This document shows positions 59,544 through 64,000 of a stretch of DNA of 64,000 bases, piece by piece. The notes under the pieces were generated by a model. That model had not been told where the DNA came from. It saw only the letters and a program-made list of their open reading frames with translations, and did not search any database. The DNA is from Halocafeteria seosinensis (lineage: Eukaryota): contig LVLI01000231.1 of NCBI GenBank assembly GCA_001687465.1, forward strand, positions 62,001 to 126,000, in the 5' to 3' direction. Made by a program: the position numbers and the translations under genes. Positions within the stretch are counted from its first letter, which is position 1, and the number at the start of each line of letters is the position of its first letter.

Positions 59544-62500
59544 TTACTGCTCGCTCTCCTGTCCAACGGGCCGCACCTCCTCCTCCTCCTCAGCTTGATC
59601 TTCCGGTATTGCCTCTTTCTGGCCTTCTACATTCAGCTCACTTGGTTCGTTGCGATCCTCTAAGTTATCATCTTGCGTAACTGCCTGCTCGTCTGAATCC
59701 TCATTCGTACCAGACCGTTCTTGTACATCTGCATCAGCTATCTCAGAAGCATCTTGAGCATAATTTTGCGCGTCATTGTCCGCCATGTCTGTTTGCTCAG
59801 CTTCAGCATCCCACCTATTTTCCGCCCCCTCTTCTCTTCTTCCCATGTGATCGTCGACTTCACCACCGTTGTTGTTTGAATCCTCCTGATTGCTATCATT
59901 TTCAACACCAGTTTGATCTTCTTCTTCACCGTGATGGTATGCTTCCTCCTCTGACAGTGCAGTTTTCGGTTCGACTTCTGCAGATTGTTGCGGGGCACCT
60001 TCCTCCTCCTGTTCTTCCAAAGACTCGGGCTTTCCATCGCGACCAGATTCTTTTCCACGTTCCTCTATTATTTGGCGAATTTGTCGTTGCTCACTCTCAA
60101 GACTGTCCGCCTCTTCGTACCGTTCAGCCTCAGCAGCCTCCTCTACTAATCTCTCCAACTCCTCGGCTTTGTTCTTCAGCTCGTCTAACGACAGATTGTC
60201 GTAGGCTGAAGCATGTCTCTCGTTGGTGCCGGCAACAGGGGACGAATCCTCTGCTTCTATACCATTGTCTTCAGCAGAGGACGTTCCTTCTTGCGTGTTT
60301 TTGGCAGGAGCCCCACTATCCACGTTTTCATTGGACCTCAAATCTATTTCAGCTGCGATCCGCTTTCGCTTTCTTTCGAGAGAATCCGCTTCATCATAGC
60401 TCTCTTCAGATACTTTCTCTTCAATTTGCGCATCTAACTGCTTGACTGTCTCTTGCAGTTCTTCAAGGGTCATGCTCTCGAATTGCTCACCTTCGCCACT
60501 TCCATCGTCATTGCTGGCGCCTTCAGCTTCCTCATCGGAATCTCGAGTCTCCTCGATGGAGGTATTTGGATCCATCGTACCTTCTACATCCAGCTCTTCT
60601 TGTTTTGCCCCTAGTGAACGAGCCTCCTCTTGTAAACCTTTGATCTGCACGTTCACGAGCTTCTGAAGGGCAGTCATAAACCGGCCACGCGTCTCACTAT
60701 TTGTAGAGGAGCCGTCGTGGTACGTTTTGGTTTCCAAGTGATGCTGAAACCCCTTCATCATTTGCAAAGCTTTCAGAGCCAAGTTGAGATGATTCTTCTT
60801 TACTTTCTCTTCAACAGCCTTGACTTCATCTCGCACTGACTCCAACTCATTACTCTTTGAGTCACGGTCGCTTGTTAGCTCGTCAATCTCACCCGCAAGT
60901 GTCCGGGTCTTGCTGGATAAATCCTCTTTCTTTTTTTCCAAAGAGTCCAATTCATTTTTCAGTCTACTTGCTTCTTTAAAGCGCCTCTCATCTACAGCTT
61001 TACGCTTCTGTTCAGAAAAATTGCTGACTTGCTCGTTTACATTCTGCAAAGTTTTCTCTTCATTGGCATACTCTACTTCTTTGAGATGCAGTTTACCTTC
61101 AATATCCTGAACGGACGCATTTCTCGATACCAACTTGCTATGTAAATCCTTAAGGTTGTTTTCGTCCTGCCTAATTTCTTTAATGAATGTCTTCCGTTGG
61201 TCTACTGCAGAATTGACGCACTTAATGACAGCATGTGTGCAACGGCTATCAAACTGCAGTTCTGAGAGATGCTTTTCTAGTGTAGCCAGGCGAGTTTCCT
61301 CATCTTCCACGTAACGATGCAATCCCTTCTCCTGGGCTCTTATGGCATCGATTTGCTCCTCATATTCTCTTTGCTCATTTTCCACCTCTTTCTCACGTTT
61401 TTGCAGTCTCTCAAGCTGCTTCGCATAGCCTGCGCGGATATCTTTGACCCGTTTGTCCAACGATTCATATTTCCCCTTTGCCTTCTCATGCTGGTGTCGC
61501 TTCTGCTCTAGCTTCCGTTCGAGCTCTTTAATTTCTTCTGAAAGCTTTCTCATATCTTGTTCCACTTGATCTCGTTCACGTTCAACAGCACCCCCTTCTT
61601 CGGATATTGCCGTTTCAACCGTGCTTCGCTCCTCTTTAATATGATTGAGTTCCCTTTCAACTCGGGCCTGTTTGAAGTTTAATTGCTGGCGTTCATGATC
61701 TACTTTCTCTTTGACAGATTGCCTATGTTCCTCTAAAGTCCGTTTTGTTTGGTCTAGACTGCTCTTGGCAAAACTCTTCCCTTCCGATATTTTAGTGACA
61801 AGCTTTTCTAGGGCTTGTGATGTGTCATCTAACAGTGAGGCACGTTCATTCTCCAGTTCTACAAGACGGTTTGTTTGCTGATCCTGTTGCTGCAGGGCAT
61901 CTTCCAGTTCATACTTGAAGCTTTCCAAAGTTTGATTCAAGGCCTCTGCGTTCTCAAATTCTTCGGCAGATACTGCTTGGTCAACATCCTTTTGCGTGCG
62001 CGCAACTTCTTTCTGCAAATCTGCAATACGCTCGTCAGTCTTCTTTCGCGTCTCACTAAGTTCGCGAATGTCGTCTTGGAGTTGTTGCCACCGGTTCGTA
62101 AGCGAGGAGGCAGAAGATTGCAACTCTTGAGGCACAGATGACAGAAGTTCTTCGATTTTAAAAAGACATTCATCAATCGATTTCAGTTCGTTCTTTTGCT
62201 CCAGTTCAAGTTTCTGTAGAGGGCTGGACACTACTTCATTGCCGCCATCTTCCTCTGACTCTCGTTCATTGCCTGTGGAGCCCGACAGGGCCTCGTCTTC
62301 CTCGTCCGCTTTACCCGTACTCTTTATCGTATCCTCGCCTTCTACTTCCGATGCCTCCACCGTATACTCAGCCTGGGGCTCTTCGTTGGACTGACGAATG
62401 TTCAATCCACTCAGGACACCGCCCTTTCCCTCATCTTCCTCTCCTTGGATCGGTTCATGCTCTTGTGTTGAATGGTTGGTAGCTTCTTCCCCGCTCGTGT

Positions 62501-63557
62501 TCGCCGCTACAGGAGGACTATGTATTTTCAGTCCAGCAAGCACACCTTCTCCCCCTTCCTGCGCTTCATTCAACGGTGCTTCTTGCTCTTCGCTGTGATG
62601 ACCACCCAAATCGCCTTCATTCTGCGTAGCTGATTCCTGACCAGCAAATCTATTCGTTTCCGTATCCATTCTTTGGCTGGACGCGACGGATCCGGTTTCC
62701 AGATCGTCACCAGTTTTGGACCTGGCATACCCTACCAGCGGGCCACTCCTCTTTTTCTTTTTCTTAGCTTTTTGAATTGGAGGAAGAGACTGGTTCTGCG
62801 ATTCAGATTCGTTACCTTTTATCTGTTCGGACCCTCTGTCGGATACACTAGGCGAAGCTCGCAAGAAAGAAAACGACGATGCATCCTTTGCTGAATCCGC
62901 GTCGTGTTTGACGGAGTCACTCTTCCCATCGACTGAATTGGTTGGTTGATGTCCCTGGGAAGACGCACTTGCAGCTCCCCCTCCACCTAGAAAGCTAAAT
63001 CCCGAAACGCTTTCTGCTGTACCGTCATTGTGCGGTTCAGTTCCTCCTTGTTCAGCCGCAGCTGATCCACTATTGTTACCTCCCATACTGCATAATTGGG
63101 GTCCAATTCAAGAACGTTACAAAACTACTGCGGGGCGAGCATGTTGAGATGGCACTTACACGAATGAAAAACCACTAGCGGCTTCCGATTGCGACACTTC
63201 CGCAGCATTACCACCACCACTGGTGTTCGTGAAAGCAAAACCGCTAGGTCCTGCGCTTTGGTCTTCCGCAGAGGAGTCTGCATGACCTACCCCAAAGCCG
63301 GATGATCCTGGAAACCCGGCACTGCTGCCACTGGCAGTCTCTGAGGTAGTTTGTTGGGGTGCTTGATTACTGTTTCGAGCAACAGGGAGATCAAAGAATC
63401 CACCTCCGCTGCTACCACTTCTTGAGGAACTTTGTTGCCACTGATTTTGAGATTGTTGCTGCTGACTGGAGGGAATGACGGGAGCTGGCGGCCGTGAGAC
63501 CCGAGCATTATCGTTATTGCTCTTGCTACCTCCGAAAATTTTGTTTATAAAACTCAT
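59544..63557 (-). CDS. Large coiled-coil protein with four UVR (UvrB/C)-like motifs and N-terminal GF-type low-complexity repeats
   Basis: Exon 63160-63557 splices to the 1180-aa ORF. Motifs AVSAEEFENAEAL, AVDERRFKEASRL, KVSEESYDEADSL, AAEAERYEEADSL; repeated SGF(S/A)F. Confidence 0.85.
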
Positions 63558-63725
63558 CCTCTTGGTTCATACATGCATGAACTAAAACAAAAACTTCATT
63601 GTCCACCCTTATACGGCAGACAGAAAGAAAACCACACCAGAGAGAAACAGCTTCCCTTGATAAACAAACAAATCGCATTCGTTTGCTACTCGTGTTACCA
63701 GTAGCAGGGCATTCGCTGTAAGTGA

Positions 63726-63968
63726 ATGAATGAACTGAATCAATACACAGAAGATCCGGGCGCTCAGCCCGGATTTTTCAGGAATGTTGGCAGGTTTTTA
63801 CACGATAATGAATGCATGCACGTTGTTGATCACACAAGTCGAATGTGGAAAGAAAGATGGGAGAATTTCCTGATGGTCTATTCTAGTGTGATCGGTTCTC
63901 GATTTGAGGAAGCCAAAAGTGGAGGACATGCACCCGGCTCAACGCCACCAGAATACGGGTGGGGAAGG
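63726..63968 (+). CDS. Possible first exon of a gene continuing beyond the window
   Basis: ATG-initiated ~81-codon ORF, divergent from the previous gene, ending at a possible AGG|GTATAG donor. Confidence 0.3.
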
Positions 63969-64000
63969 GTATAGTGCCCAAAATCGGTCCAATACAAGAC

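Noticed and set aside
1..64000. tRNA, rRNA, CRISPR arrays, transposase/retroelement ORFs, hammerhead or group I/II intron cores
   Set aside because: No convincing consensus found by manual reading of either strand; not excluded without covariance-model searches.

Overview
Very gene-dense eukaryotic nuclear DNA (about 48% GC, mostly 50-130 nt GT-AG introns), probably a stramenopile protist. The main clue is the RRGKW..EE..Y...G.LPL..G.TLR..L...L.C.PMRI.KK domain known from diatoms and oomycetes; FYVE fusions fit too. I can support about 27 protein genes, mostly housekeeping: TVP15, Hikeshi, NDUFAF3, ACAD9/VLCAD, TFIP11, PGS1, PSMA1, a DHHC enzyme, IMPACT, AP-3 delta, MED14, ATE1, COX14, a small Tim, EI24, LIG1, LSM6, RMDN1 and a COMMD protein. 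Several convergent pairs have stop codons only 0-20 bp apart. The most striking unexplained signal is in the non-coding DNA: almost every spacer longer than about 250 bp folds by eye into dense, nested, multibranched stems. Their G-U wobbles usually favour the + strand, even between two minus-strand genes, and several share TGTCCTA(Y)ACTG and ACCTAAAG motifs. This suggests a dispersed class of structured RNAs. The best example is a ~550-nt element at 28601-29150 closed by a terminal helix; it and an element at 1895-2229 carry telomere-template-like words. Notable proteins: an ATE1 with an inserted ArgRS N-terminal-like domain, an ArgD-fold pseudo-enzyme lacking the PLP lysine, an SCP2-FYVE-TM fusion, a small Tim with half its cysteines, and a LIG1 with a spliced mitochondrial-type presequence. 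All gene models and folds were done manually; no database search or folding program was run.
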